Counted from the stretch's first letter, positions 19,007 through 28,771 are shown. The stretch is 54,437 nt of DNA from Kiritimatiellia bacterium (GCA_047920915.1 JBLRXB010000001.1:1-54437); one strand, 5' to 3'. The notes: generated by a model not told the origin, from the letters alone. Numbers and translations: made by a program.

Positions 19007-19954
19007 TCAGCTCTGCTGTGTGGCGCGATACACAAGTCCGGCACCAAGCAAATCACTGTAGGCCATACCAATCGACTTGAAGAGCGTAATCTCATCCGCA
19101 TGCACGCGCAGCGGAACGGCACCAGCACACATCTCCGTCAATTCGCCAACAACATCCGCTTGCCGGAAAACCCCCTCGGATATCGGCACCAGAATCTCGC
19201 CAGCCTCACGAAAACAGTTGTCGCGACTATCTGCATAAACCTTCGATTTCGTCACCAACGCCGTATCGCACTCCCGCTTGGTGGCGTGATGGTTACCGAT
19301 AAAATCAGTATGCGTACCCGCCTGCACCCAATCCCCGTGTACCAGCGGCTCATGCGAGCCTGTTGCCGCAACAATAATATCCGATTCCCCGCAGGCCTTC
19401 TCCAGATTCTCGACCACCGAAAACGCAACATCGGGCAATACCGGCTCCATGGCCGCAACCACCGCCCGGGCTTTAGCCATGTTCCTGCCCCAAATCCGAA
19501 TCGTAGTTAGCGGACGAACGCTGGCTTGCGCACGAATGATATACGGAGCCAGATTACCAGTCCCCAACACAAGCAGACTGCTGGCATCTTCACGCGCTAG
19601 CAGCCGCGCTGCCAACCCGGATATCCCCGCCGTCCGCCAATACGTAACACTAACCCCATCTATCAATGCAAGCGGTTCACCATGCTCGCGCTCAAATAAC
19701 AAAATCTGCGAATACAGCGATTTGTATTTCGGACCAGGATTCGTCGGAAAATAGGTGAAAGCCTTCACACCAATCAGGCCATCATTCCACGACGGCAACA
19801 AGGCAAAAGCATCATGCGTACCAGCCTCATCACTCAAAAGAAAAACTTGACGAGGTGGCATTTTGAAAGCACCGGCATATCCCTCCTGTAAAACATCGAC
19901 CAAATGCGGGTAGCTCATTGCCGCGTGTACTTGCTCTGCCGTAATAACATTCAT
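19007..19954 (-). CDS. ornithine cyclodeaminase / mu-crystallin-family NAD(P)-dependent enzyme
   Basis: Family-typical length, Rossmann segment LLVLGTGNLAPYIIRA, and VAATGS...GTH. Start moved to ATG 19954 (MNVITAEQ), preceded by AAGGAA. Confidence 0.75.
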   Translation of the reverse strand: MNVITAEQVHAAMSYPHLVDVLQEGYAGAFKMPPRQVFLLSDEAGTHDAFALLPSWNDGLIGVKAFTYFPTNPGPKYKSLYSQILLFEREHGEPLALIDGVSVTYWRTAGISGLAARLLAREDASSLLVLGTGNLAPYIIRAQASVRPLTTIRIWGRNMAKARAVVAAMEPVLPDVAFSVVENLEKACGESDIIVAATGSHEPLVHGDWVQAGTHTDFIGNHHATKRECDTALVTKSKVYADSRDNCFREAGEILVPISEGVFRQADVVGELTEMCAGAVPLRVHADEITLFKSIGMAYSDLLGAGLVYRATQQS

Positions 19955-19982
19955 GCCCGTTTCCTTTCCATTCTGATTCATA

Positions 19983-20034
19983 TGCTGGCACTACAAGCGT
20001 CACCGTAAACACACCTTTGGATGCAGTGCCAGCA
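19983..20034. repeat. 10-bp perfect inverted repeat (TGCTGGCACT ... AGTGCCAGCA) with a 32-nt spacer in a divergent intergenic region
   Basis: Read directly from the sequence. The arms lie at 19983-19992 and 20025-20034. Confidence 0.5.
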
Positions 20035-20137
20035 AAAACGTACCAATCTTTGATCGATCGAGAAAGATATGCGATCGAGATTGATTCCCGCTCCCATCTA
20101 AGCCAATATAAGAGCGCTTGCTTTTCGGGGAGGTTGG

Positions 20138-21310
20138 ATGAAAAATATCGGCTGTATCTTTATTCTCTTGTGGCTCGTCTCGGCATCCGTAATAGCCGAA
20201 TCCAGCACGCGCGTACGCACATTTTTTCTTGAGAGCGCCAGATCAGGTAGAGTGCACGGACCCTTTCCGTTCTTATCGGCAACCGTGGTCCATTTGGAAA
20301 CCGGGGCTTTCCGCCTCGATGTTCTCTCTGCGGCAGGAAGCTTTATCCTGACCGAAGAACGCTCGGGAACCGTTTTTGGCGTTTATGAGCTCGTACCAGG
20401 CCGCATGATTGATGCTGGCTACCAACTCTTTACGATCACAAGACTATCAACAACAACCCTGCCTCCGGGGCAAGTGCCTGCCCGCCCCACAAGTGTTCCT
20501 GGCCCAAATGCGCGCCATCGTACACACACAATAGCTTCCACCCGCCCTTTCGCGCATTCCTATCAGGCGGGCATCGTCGTCGATGTAATCAACCAAGTCG
20601 CATACAACTGGGAACTGGCAGGCGAGGATGGCACCAGCGCTAGATTCATGGAACGACGCGGCGCCACCCTCTCCTTTTCACGAGGCGTCCTGACCTTGAC
20701 AGCGGGACTACTGGGCGATTCCACGTGGAACGAAAGCATCAATGACCCATATGGCCGCTTTGAAGAAGCATCCCTCTCAAGCGGAACCGGATGGTCCGCA
20801 GGCATGCAGATTTTGGTGCCTGTATTTACCGATAATCGATGGTCCGCATCCATCGGTGGCGGTATTCACTACCAGCGCGAATCCTATCAACTCGAATACG
20901 GTATATGGGAAACAGTCCCGATCCAGGCACCGGTTATTGAACCCGGGTTCGCGAGCGGATTGACAAATGGCGTCCCCTCTGAGCCGCTGCTGCCCCCCGA
21001 AGAACGCTTTGCCAGACAAACAACAACAGCAACCCTTTCGGAAACCGTCATCGCTCTCACCACGCGCCTCGATTATGTCGCACCCACTTGGTTCATGTAC
21101 GCCGGTCTGCGCGCATTACCATGGACAGACACAGACTTACAGGCAAACATTGAAATCGATGACCGGCGTATACCGCTCACATTCGAACGCAAAGATCTTC
21201 TGTCCGGATTCGCCGGGGCAGGCTTTACCTATCAAGACCTTCGCTGCTTCGGTGAATTCGAAGCGGGCGGCGTCAATGCCGTTCGACTCGGCGTCACCAT
21301 CGCCTTCTAG
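20138..21310 (+). CDS. secreted hypothetical protein, probable outer-membrane beta-barrel with N-terminal soluble domain
   Basis: Signal peptide MKNIGCIFILLWLVSASVIAES and a Pro/Thr-rich linker. Repeated amphipathic strands (WSAGMQILVPVF, WSASIGGGIHYQ, LSGFAGAGFTYQ) end in the C-terminal ...VRLGVTIAF (terminal Phe). GGGGAGG before the ATG. No family recognised. Confidence 0.45.
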   Translation: MKNIGCIFILLWLVSASVIAESSTRVRTFFLESARSGRVHGPFPFLSATVVHLETGAFRLDVLSAAGSFILTEERSGTVFGVYELVPGRMIDAGYQLFTITRLSTTTLPPGQVPARPTSVPGPNARHRTHTIASTRPFAHSYQAGIVVDVINQVAYNWELAGEDGTSARFMERRGATLSFSRGVLTLTAGLLGDSTWNESINDPYGRFEEASLSSGTGWSAGMQILVPVFTDNRWSASIGGGIHYQRESYQLEYGIWETVPIQAPVIEPGFASGLTNGVPSEPLLPPEERFARQTTTATLSETVIALTTRLDYVAPTWFMYAGLRALPWTDTDLQANIEIDDRRIPLTFERKDLLSGFAGAGFTYQDLRCFGEFEAGGVNAVRLGVTIAF

Positions 21311-22428
21311 TGAAGCAGAATCGACAACCAGCGCGTACCATTATTCCCGATCTGCCAGACGGCATCACGCAACACCACCAAACGCAACCCGTTGCGCCCC
21401 AAAACATCGGCATCCGCATGCAAAACATAAGGCAAGCGCTTGCCGATCCATTCTTCTTCGGCGGCTGACCGACCTCGCAGCACAACACCACCCTCGCAGA
21501 CCGAAAGCACAACGGCACCCCTGGGTGCACCGTCTCCAACCCAAAGCAAGGGATAGCGCACAAAATAATCAATCGGTCGCTCCGCATCCACAACCAGCTC
21601 AAACGCAACCGGTACCGACGCCAGATAAGCATGCATAAAAAACGGCTGCACTGAATCCGCATTACTATATAGCGCCAATGGCTGAATACCCGTCAAATTC
21701 CAGCCATTATGCATCCCGTGCAAATTGCGAATCTCCTCCTGGTCCGCCCAGGCCGGAAAACGGCGGTTACGGATCACACCAACCTCAAAATGCACATGGG
21801 AACGATCAACCGGAATAATCGCGGACGGGGTATTACCCATCACCCCCAGAACATCCCCACGTTTCACCACCGCACCAGGACGAATTGCGTCTTGGATGCT
21901 GCGCAGATGCGCATACAAGCTGTAGATCGTACCCATCGTGGTGTCGTGCTCCAAAACGACATACAAACCGTAGTTGGAATGTCCCACAACACGGTTCGCA
22001 TAACCAACACGACCATCCGCAACGGCAAGCACCGGATCGAGCGCCCGATTCCGGCGATCCCGCTGCAGAGGTGCAATATCAATCCCCATATGAAAGGCCG
22101 GCAATATCCGCCCCTGAAAACTGCGCGTCCGCGTGCTCCCGTAATGAGCCGACTCGATACGGCCCGATGCCGTTGCCATATAAACCGATGGATCCTCCAT
22201 GCGCAGCAAACCCGTCTGCGCCGTCGGAAAACCAACAAACAAGGGCTGCTCTGCTGGCTCGACTTGATCCGCCTCGGCATCCGCAGCAACCGCAATCTGC
22301 GCAGCAGCAGCCAATTCACGATCCAGGCGAATCCGTTCCCGACGGGGCCCAAACCACCAGACCGCAAAAATCACATCCGCAACAAGGATCGCAACCAGCC
22401 ACCACCAGTTTCGCCAAAACCGTAACAT
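21307..22428 (-). CDS. membrane-anchored M23-family metallopeptidase (LytM-type)
   Basis: HMGIDIAP (HxxxD) and SHVHFEV (HxH) zinc ligands. N-terminal TM segment WWWLVAILVADVIFAVWWF. ATG 22428 chosen; the ORF track uses TTG 22443. Confidence 0.8.
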   Translation of the reverse strand: MLRFWRNWWWLVAILVADVIFAVWWFGPRRERIRLDRELAAAAQIAVAADAEADQVEPAEQPLFVGFPTAQTGLLRMEDPSVYMATASGRIESAHYGSTRTRSFQGRILPAFHMGIDIAPLQRDRRNRALDPVLAVADGRVGYANRVVGHSNYGLYVVLEHDTTMGTIYSLYAHLRSIQDAIRPGAVVKRGDVLGVMGNTPSAIIPVDRSHVHFEVGVIRNRRFPAWADQEEIRNLHGMHNGWNLTGIQPLALYSNADSVQPFFMHAYLASVPVAFELVVDAERPIDYFVRYPLLWVGDGAPRGAVVLSVCEGGVVLRGRSAAEEEWIGKRLPYVLHADADVLGRNGLRLVVLRDAVWQIGNNGTRWLSILLH

Positions 22429-22447
22429 AACCAATCCCCGCAACCGA

Positions 22448-24160
22448 CTACGGCTGATCCGTTATGGCACCCTGCGAAGCCGGTCCGACTTGACGGGCAT
22501 ACTTACCCAGAACACCACGCGTGTAACGCGGCTTCGGCTGACGCCATACTTTCCGCCGCCGCGCCAACTCGGCATCTGAAACATGCAGCGTCAAACGGCG
22601 CTTCACCGCATCGATCGTGATTTCATCACCATTTTTCACGAGTGCCAGCGGACCCCCACGATAAGCTTCCGGCGTAATGTGCCCAACCACAAAACCATGA
22701 CTGCCACCGGAAAAACGCCCGTCGGTTATCAACGCCACATCCCGCCCAAGGCCCTTGCCCATAATGGCACTCGTGGGAGAAAGCATTTCACGCATTCCCG
22801 GACCACCACGCGGCCCCTCATAACGAATAACAATCACATGCCCCTTGCGAATGCGACCACCCAGAATAGCACCCAACGCTTTTTCCTCCGAATCAAAAAC
22901 CTTGGCCTTACCCTGAAAAGCCGTGCCTTCCTTCCCCGAAATTTTAGCAACCGCACCCGCCGGTGCCAGGTTCCCGTACAACACCACCAGATGCCCCGTC
23001 TTCTTTACCGGATCAGCAAAAGATCGAATCACCTGTTGCCCCCGCGGATACGATTTCACCCCACGCAAATTCTGCGCAAGCGTTTTACCCGTAACCGTTA
23101 AACAGGAGCCATCCAACAGCCCCGCATCCAGCAACATTCGCATCAAGGGCAGGGTCCCGCCAATCCGCACGAGATCCGCCATCACAAACTTCCCGCTCGG
23201 CTTGAGATCCGCCAGCACCGGAACCTTGCGCCCGACACGCGTAAAATCATCCAGCGTCAAACGCACCCCCGCAGCCTCTGCCATCGCCAGCAAATGCAGC
23301 ACCGCATTCGTCGATCCCCCCAAGGCCGTAACGACCGTTATGGCATTCAGAAAGGCGGCACGCGTCATGATGTCCTTGGGCGTGATACCCTTCTTGATCA
23401 ATTGCAGCACCGCAGCCCCCGCGCGCCGGCAATCCGCATTCTTAGCCGGCGAAACCGCCGCCTGCGCAGAACTGTTCGGCAAACTCATCCCGAGCGCCTC
23501 TATCGCCGAAGCCATCGTGTTGGCCGTATACATCCCGCCACACGACCCCGGCCCCGGAATCGCACAACTCTCAATCGCATGCAATTCCTTATCATTCACA
23601 TCACCACGCGCATGCCCACCAACCGCTTCAAATACGGACACGATGTCAACGTCACGACCCTTGTGTTGGCCCGGAAGAATCGTCCCTCCATACACAAATA
23701 CGGCCGGACGATTCAAACGCGCGATCGCAAGCATGCAACCCGGCATATTCTTGTCGCAACCACCAATCGCAACCAACCCGTCAAACCCCTCGCAACCAGC
23801 AACCGTCTCAATCGAGTCCGCAATCACCTCGCGCGAAACCAGCGAGTATTTCATGCCTTCAGTGCCCATCGATATACCATCGGAAATCGTAATCGTGTTG
23901 AAAATCACACCCTTCCCGCCAGCCTCATTGACACCCGCTTCCGACTCACGCGCTAACACATCAATATGCATGTTGCATGGCGTTACCATGCTCCAGGTGG
24001 AGGCAATCCCTACCTGCGACTTTTTAAAATCGGCATCCGAAAAACCAACGGCGTGCAACATCGCACGGCTCGCCGCACGCTCCACACCATCGGTAACCGC
24101 CGACGAGTACTTGCGATGTCCGCTGCACCCACATCCGCTTCCACATGTCTGCTTTGTCAT
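22448..24160 (-). CDS. ilvD: dihydroxy-acid dehydratase
   Basis: [18 protein letters not shown], and full-length IlvD/Edd-family similarity. Carries a 14-aa Cys-rich N-terminal extension. Confidence 0.95.
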   Translation of the reverse strand: MTKQTCGSGCGCSGHRKYSSAVTDGVERAASRAMLHAVGFSDADFKKSQVGIASTWSMVTPCNMHIDVLARESEAGVNEAGGKGVIFNTITISDGISMGTEGMKYSLVSREVIADSIETVAGCEGFDGLVAIGGCDKNMPGCMLAIARLNRPAVFVYGGTILPGQHKGRDVDIVSVFEAVGGHARGDVNDKELHAIESCAIPGPGSCGGMYTANTMASAIEALGMSLPNSSAQAAVSPAKNADCRRAGAAVLQLIKKGITPKDIMTRAAFLNAITVVTALGGSTNAVLHLLAMAEAAGVRLTLDDFTRVGRKVPVLADLKPSGKFVMADLVRIGGTLPLMRMLLDAGLLDGSCLTVTGKTLAQNLRGVKSYPRGQQVIRSFADPVKKTGHLVVLYGNLAPAGAVAKISGKEGTAFQGKAKVFDSEEKALGAILGGRIRKGHVIVIRYEGPRGGPGMREMLSPTSAIMGKGLGRDVALITDGRFSGGSHGFVVGHITPEAYRGGPLALVKNGDEITIDAVKRRLTLHVSDAELARRRKVWRQPKPRYTRGVLGKYARQVGPASQGAITDQP

Positions 24161-24248
24161 AATAGAACCTCTATCTGCGTTGTAATCAGAATATCAATGG
24201 CAAGAAAATACACCCCCTGTAAAAATATGCAAGGGATTGATTGTCCCG

Positions 24249-27200
24249 CTAATCGGAAAGCACTCCGGGCTCTCGGTCAACCACCCGGAAAAACTGCTGC
24301 GGTAGCGCACCAATCCGACCCGTGTAAGACATCTCTCCTCCACCCGGCAAATCGATATAGCCCGGTACACGCACCCATTGATCCGTAACAAGATCAGGCC
24401 CGCTGTATAACGTATAGCTGCGACCGCTCTCTGTATACCAACGCAGCACGAACAACTTTTCCTCCACATCGTCAGCCCCCTGCTGCAACTGGATACTCGT
24501 GAGCAAATTCGGACGCACCTGCAGGGCCACACCACCCGATACAATCGGATCAAAAGGAGCATTTCCGCCCACCACCCAAGCCGTTTGATAGCTTCCCGGC
24601 AACAATGCCGACGTATCAACCGTCCACTCGATCCAGCCCGCTCCACCCGCCGGAATACTACCGGATGTCGATACCGCCCGCAGCCAAACCGGCTCCCAGC
24701 TTACCGAAATATCATCAACAAACCAACCCCGGTACTCTACCCAGCGATCCGTACCAAAGCGGAAACGTACCTGTATCATTTCACCGGCAAAGGCGGAGAG
24801 ATCAAAGACCGCTTCATGCCACCCCCCCGTTGTCCCCCCGAAACAGGGCCGGTGGTCCTCAAAAGGGGAATCCGCGTTCGGCGTCACTCGGTACGGGTAC
24901 CCCCCCTCAGGATCGATCGCAAAAAATGACGCCCCGCCATCCGTCGACAGCTCAACAACGGCACCATCCCAATAATACGATTCGTATCCCGCCCGTCCAT
25001 CATGCTCCATTTCCGGCCAATGCATGAACCGCAGCCGGGCATTGGAACCAACTTGAAGCAAGGGCATATAGAGGGACGCATCCATCGAAGCGTTGTACGT
25101 TCCGCCATCCGGATCCCCACAAAACCACGCATACGGACCAACAAAAGATTCGCGCTCCGATACATGCCATTGATCATTGAGCCCCCCACTCGTCCATCCT
25201 GCCAGCGGCGGGCGCGCAACAGGATCTGCGTAACCATACAACGTACGCCAATGCCAGACGGACGTTCCTTCATTGGTAACCGCCAACCGAATGACTTGCT
25301 GCTCTCCGCTTGTAAGCATCACATCGTGATCCAACACACCGAAACGCAGCACGGGATAATCAACGCGAAACACATAAACATCCGATGTCGTATGTAACTG
25401 CGCAGCATCTTCCGCAAATACACGATATTCCAGCACCCGACCAGGCCCCTCCGGTCCTTCTATCAGAGCCTGATATATGCCCATCTCAGCATCGACCGCC
25501 TGCATCCGTACCGCCTGCCAGACGCCATCGCCAACCTCTCGCCAATGCAAGAGAACAACCGCAACATCAACCCTGTCTGTCACCGAAGCCTGGATCAGCC
25601 ATGGCCCCGGCACATCCACAGCTGCCGGCAAAGCCCATACATCTATCGACGGCCCCTCGGGATAGGAATCCGGATCTGTCGGATCCGAACGATCCGCATA
25701 TTCTGCGGCATTACTGAATCCATCTCCATCAGGATCATCATCTGCCCCGAAATCCAAATGACCAAAGTGATAAAGCTGCCACCAGTCCGGTAGCCCGTCA
25801 CCATCGCTATCCAAGGCGGCCGGCACATAGTGCGCCACCGCACGCCGTGCACGATCCATGGTAACACCGGTAACAGGATTCACAGCACGCGTCCCCATGG
25901 CGGATTGGCGCTCCCCATCCACCCACCAGCCCACAAACTGACACAACACATCACCAATCACAATATCCCATGGTGCCGCTGGCGTTTGCGCTTGATCGCC
26001 AATATCCCACCATCTGCTCTGCGTAAGCACACCTTCAGGCATTGACATAACATCCAATGCAAATTGCTGCCGCCAGCGCCAGATCAGATAGGATGTCTGC
26101 CCCAGCAATAAGGAAAACTGGTTGGTTACACCGGTCGCAGGAACCGAACCAGCACCATCCCACCCGACATTGCGCCAGCGTGTTCCCGCCTCGGCAGGCG
26201 TATAGACAGGGGCTGTAAACAAAACCGTGGATCCCCATGGGATCTGGTGGCGCCCGTAAGACGGGCTCACATCACCATATAATCCCGGCAACCCCTGTAT
26301 GTGAACGTCAACCGGAAACGTAATATCAAAAGCGTGCACCGCAGCCGGCGCAGCAGCGGGATGTGTCGCACGCTTCCCCTCCAGCCCGATCGCCTCAATC
26401 CAATAATACATCCGGTTGCCCTGCGCACCCTTCGGGATCGCAGCATGAAACACACCAGCACCAACTGCATCCATCGTAACCACGTGACCATGCACAAACG
26501 TTTCATCGGTATCCCAATACAACCGAACCCCGTTCTCGGCCAGCAGCGAAACACCCGGACGAATCGTGGCAGTAATATCGTAGTGTGGCATCTCAGCATC
26601 CACATTCGGATGCGGCACATGATCGATCACCGGCCCAACCGCAAGCAAAGCACCGCGTGCGTCCAGCCGACCGCCCGTTACCACACGCCCATCAAGGGCA
26701 TCGACCGGCGCAACCCCACGCAATAAGGCTGCCCGCAAGTCCGCCGAAGATTTCGATGGAAATGCATCCATCAGCAACGCCATCACACCCGCAACATGCG
26801 GTGCTGCCATTGACGTTCCACTCTTGCTCCCGTATCCACCACTTAGCACGGTGCTGATAATACCTGCACCAGGCGCAGCCAAATGCACACTCCCACGACC
26901 ATAGTTCGAATCTGAACGCAATCGATCCAAATCGGTACTGTTGGCAACCGCCAGCATGTTGCTCAATCCAAAACTCGCCGGATAAAAAGGCTGAATATCA
27001 TTGTTCGTCCCGCCGAACGATGTGTTTCCAGCAGCCGCAACATGAACAACATCACCGGAAACATGCCGGAACGCCGTATCCAGAATCTCGGAATAGCTAC
27101 CCCCACCCCAACTATGATTCGTGACGCGAATCGGATAGCCGCGCGAAACAAACTCCTGCACATAATACAAACCCGATGCCGCATCCGCAGCAAAACCATT

Positions 27201-28235
27201 GCCCGTTGCCCCCATAAATGCGATTGGCAACGTGCGAACACCCCACCCGACGCCAGCGATACCCAACGCATTATTCCCTACCGCCCCTATGATACCATGC
27301 ACATGCGTGCCATGACCGTGTAAATCCGTAGGATCATTGTGCTTGCTGTAAAAATTCCACCCATAACGGTCATCTATATATCCGTTACCATCGTCATCGA
27401 GGCCTGAATCCATCTCCTCGCCATCGTTTATCCAACGATTATCATATAAATCCAGATGGTCACGTGTCGTTCCCGTATCAAAAACCGCCACAATCACCGT
27501 ACTCGTCTCTTGCGTCGCTGCCCACGCATCCGGCATATTGATGCGCGACAATCCCCACTGATCAGGAAAAAGCGGATCATCCGGCGTGCGCCCGGCATGC
27601 CAGTATACAAAATTGGGTTCGGACACGGCGGCACCACGCAACACCGCAGCCGCACGCAGCAATTCCGGCACCGTGTCGATCGAAAGCTCTCCATGCCCAC
27701 CCACCAGATAACCACCGGGAATCCCCGTAGATTTGTGCAATCGCAAACCAACACCGGCTAGGGCATCTGCAATTCGAACCTCTGGCAATGTGCTGTCAAA
27801 CACAACAACAATATGGTCGGCAGCCATAGCGTGTTGCTGCAGCAACGCACGCGAGCCATCCGCATGCTCTTGCAGCAATTCCTCGACACGATGATACGGG
27901 TGCTTGCTCGCAGTCCGGACCAACCGGACACGGCCCACAACACCATCCGCACCAGTTTCCGACCATCTAACCGCAAGCGTGTCGGCACCAGCATAACGAT
28001 CCGCAACGCCTGCAGCGCGAACTACCGAAGCGACGGGGATCGAAGAAATTGAAGCAAAATCCAATTCCTGCAAAATTCTTTGTGCGAAAGCAGGCGAACG
28101 CTCCACCACAGGCGCTTCCCTGGCTGTGTCAGGCCCTGCCGTGTCACGCAATGACAGAAACCCATGATACCAAAACCCCACCGCAACGATACAAGCAAGA
28201 CCCGAAAGATACAAAAGTGATCGATTGGTTTTCAC
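24249..28235 (-). CDS. large secreted multidomain S8 (subtilisin-family) serine protease, 1328 aa
   Basis: Signal peptide MKTNRSLLYLSGLACIVAVGFW. Catalytic triad contexts VAVFDTGT, HGHGTHVHGIIGA and SGTSMAAPHVAGV, with oxyanion NHSWGG. Thrombospondin-type-3-like DxDxDG repeats (DSDGDGLPDWW...DDDPDGDGFSNAAEY). GTG start. Confidence 0.85.
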   Translation of the reverse strand: MKTNRSLLYLSGLACIVAVGFWYHGFLSLRDTAGPDTAREAPVVERSPAFAQRILQELDFASISSIPVASVVRAAGVADRYAGADTLAVRWSETGADGVVGRVRLVRTASKHPYHRVEELLQEHADGSRALLQQHAMAADHIVVVFDSTLPEVRIADALAGVGLRLHKSTGIPGGYLVGGHGELSIDTVPELLRAAAVLRGAAVSEPNFVYWHAGRTPDDPLFPDQWGLSRINMPDAWAATQETSTVIVAVFDTGTTRDHLDLYDNRWINDGEEMDSGLDDDGNGYIDDRYGWNFYSKHNDPTDLHGHGTHVHGIIGAVGNNALGIAGVGWGVRTLPIAFMGATGNGFAADAASGLYYVQEFVSRGYPIRVTNHSWGGGSYSEILDTAFRHVSGDVVHVAAAGNTSFGGTNNDIQPFYPASFGLSNMLAVANSTDLDRLRSDSNYGRGSVHLAAPGAGIISTVLSGGYGSKSGTSMAAPHVAGVMALLMDAFPSKSSADLRAALLRGVAPVDALDGRVVTGGRLDARGALLAVGPVIDHVPHPNVDAEMPHYDITATIRPGVSLLAENGVRLYWDTDETFVHGHVVTMDAVGAGVFHAAIPKGAQGNRMYYWIEAIGLEGKRATHPAAAPAAVHAFDITFPVDVHIQGLPGLYGDVSPSYGRHQIPWGSTVLFTAPVYTPAEAGTRWRNVGWDGAGSVPATGVTNQFSLLLGQTSYLIWRWRQQFALDVMSMPEGVLTQSRWWDIGDQAQTPAAPWDIVIGDVLCQFVGWWVDGERQSAMGTRAVNPVTGVTMDRARRAVAHYVPAALDSDGDGLPDWWQLYHFGHLDFGADDDPDGDGFSNAAEYADRSDPTDPDSYPEGPSIDVWALPAAVDVPGPWLIQASVTDRVDVAVVLLHWREVGDGVWQAVRMQAVDAEMGIYQALIEGPEGPGRVLEYRVFAEDAAQLHTTSDVYVFRVDYPVLRFGVLDHDVMLTSGEQQVIRLAVTNEGTSVWHWRTLYGYADPVARPPLAGWTSGGLNDQWHVSERESFVGPYAWFCGDPDGGTYNASMDASLYMPLLQVGSNARLRFMHWPEMEHDGRAGYESYYWDGAVVELSTDGGASFFAIDPEGGYPYRVTPNADSPFEDHRPCFGGTTGGWHEAVFDLSAFAGEMIQVRFRFGTDRWVEYRGWFVDDISVSWEPVWLRAVSTSGSIPAGGAGWIEWTVDTSALLPGSYQTAWVVGGNAPFDPIVSGGVALQVRPNLLTSIQLQQGADDVEEKLFVLRWYTESGRSYTLYSGPDLVTDQWVRVPGYIDLPGGGEMSYTGRIGALPQQFFRVVDREPGVLSD

Positions 28236-28309
28236 AGTGCCGTCATGCTAGCACAAGAGCCCACATAATGCAAAAATATACCAACGGCCTTCCCGTGGAA
28301 ATTTGATAC

Positions 28310-28344
28310 AAAAAAAAACGCGATGCTACAAGCAACGCGTTTTT
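28310..28344 (-). terminator. Rho-independent terminator ending the ribosomal/rpoA-rplQ transcription unit
   Basis: On the minus strand, about 20 nt after the rplQ stop, an 8-bp stem CGCGTTGC/GCATCGCG (one A-A mismatch) with loop TTGTA is followed by T9. An A-run on the other side also makes it formally bidirectional. Confidence 0.7.
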
Positions 28345-28364
28345 AGATCAATGTGGCGGCAAAA

Positions 28365-28757
28365 CTACTCTTCCGTGCTTTGCTCCGGTGCTGCGACCAC
28401 GGCGACACCAGCCCATTCAAGAATCGCCATTTCCGCGCCATCGCTACGGCGACGCCCAAGCTTGAGAATACGCGTATACCCCCCCGGACGCCCTTCACAT
28501 AACGGCACGATGTCAGCAAAAAGCTGCGCAACCGCATCCGGTTGCCGCAATCGCGATGCCGCCAACCGACGCGCATGCAACGACCCCTTACGTGCCAGCG
28601 TCACAATCTTTTCCGCCTCAATCCGGGCAAGCTTGGCCTTTTGTACCGTTGTCGTAATACGACGGCGCTTGATTAAATTACAAACCAGCGACGATACCAA
28701 CGCCTTGCGATGCGAAGGGCTCCGCCCTAGCTTGACATTTTGTTTTTGATGCCTCAT
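28365..28757 (-). CDS. rplQ: 50S ribosomal protein L17
   Basis: MRHQKQNVKLGRSPSHRKAL... is a canonical L17 N-terminus. Operon position after rpoA. Confidence 0.95.
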   Translation of the reverse strand: MRHQKQNVKLGRSPSHRKALVSSLVCNLIKRRRITTTVQKAKLARIEAEKIVTLARKGSLHARRLAASRLRQPDAVAQLFADIVPLCEGRPGGYTRILKLGRRRSDGAEMAILEWAGVAVVAAPEQSTEE

Positions 28758-28771
28758 CGAGAATTCTCCGA

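Noticed and set aside
22923-24185. 420-aa plus-strand ORF, one of the longest in the track
   Set aside because: It is antisense to ilvD, whose identity is unambiguous. The product is Pro/Ser/Thr/Ala-rich with no recognisable domain, so it is an artefact of codon and strand bias.
24822-24906. Several G6-G7 runs in the S8 protease coding sequence, considered as phase-variation tracts
   Set aside because: They are consecutive GGG (Gly) codons, which the G-rich leading-strand bias favours. The runs are below the tract length usually considered phase-variable.
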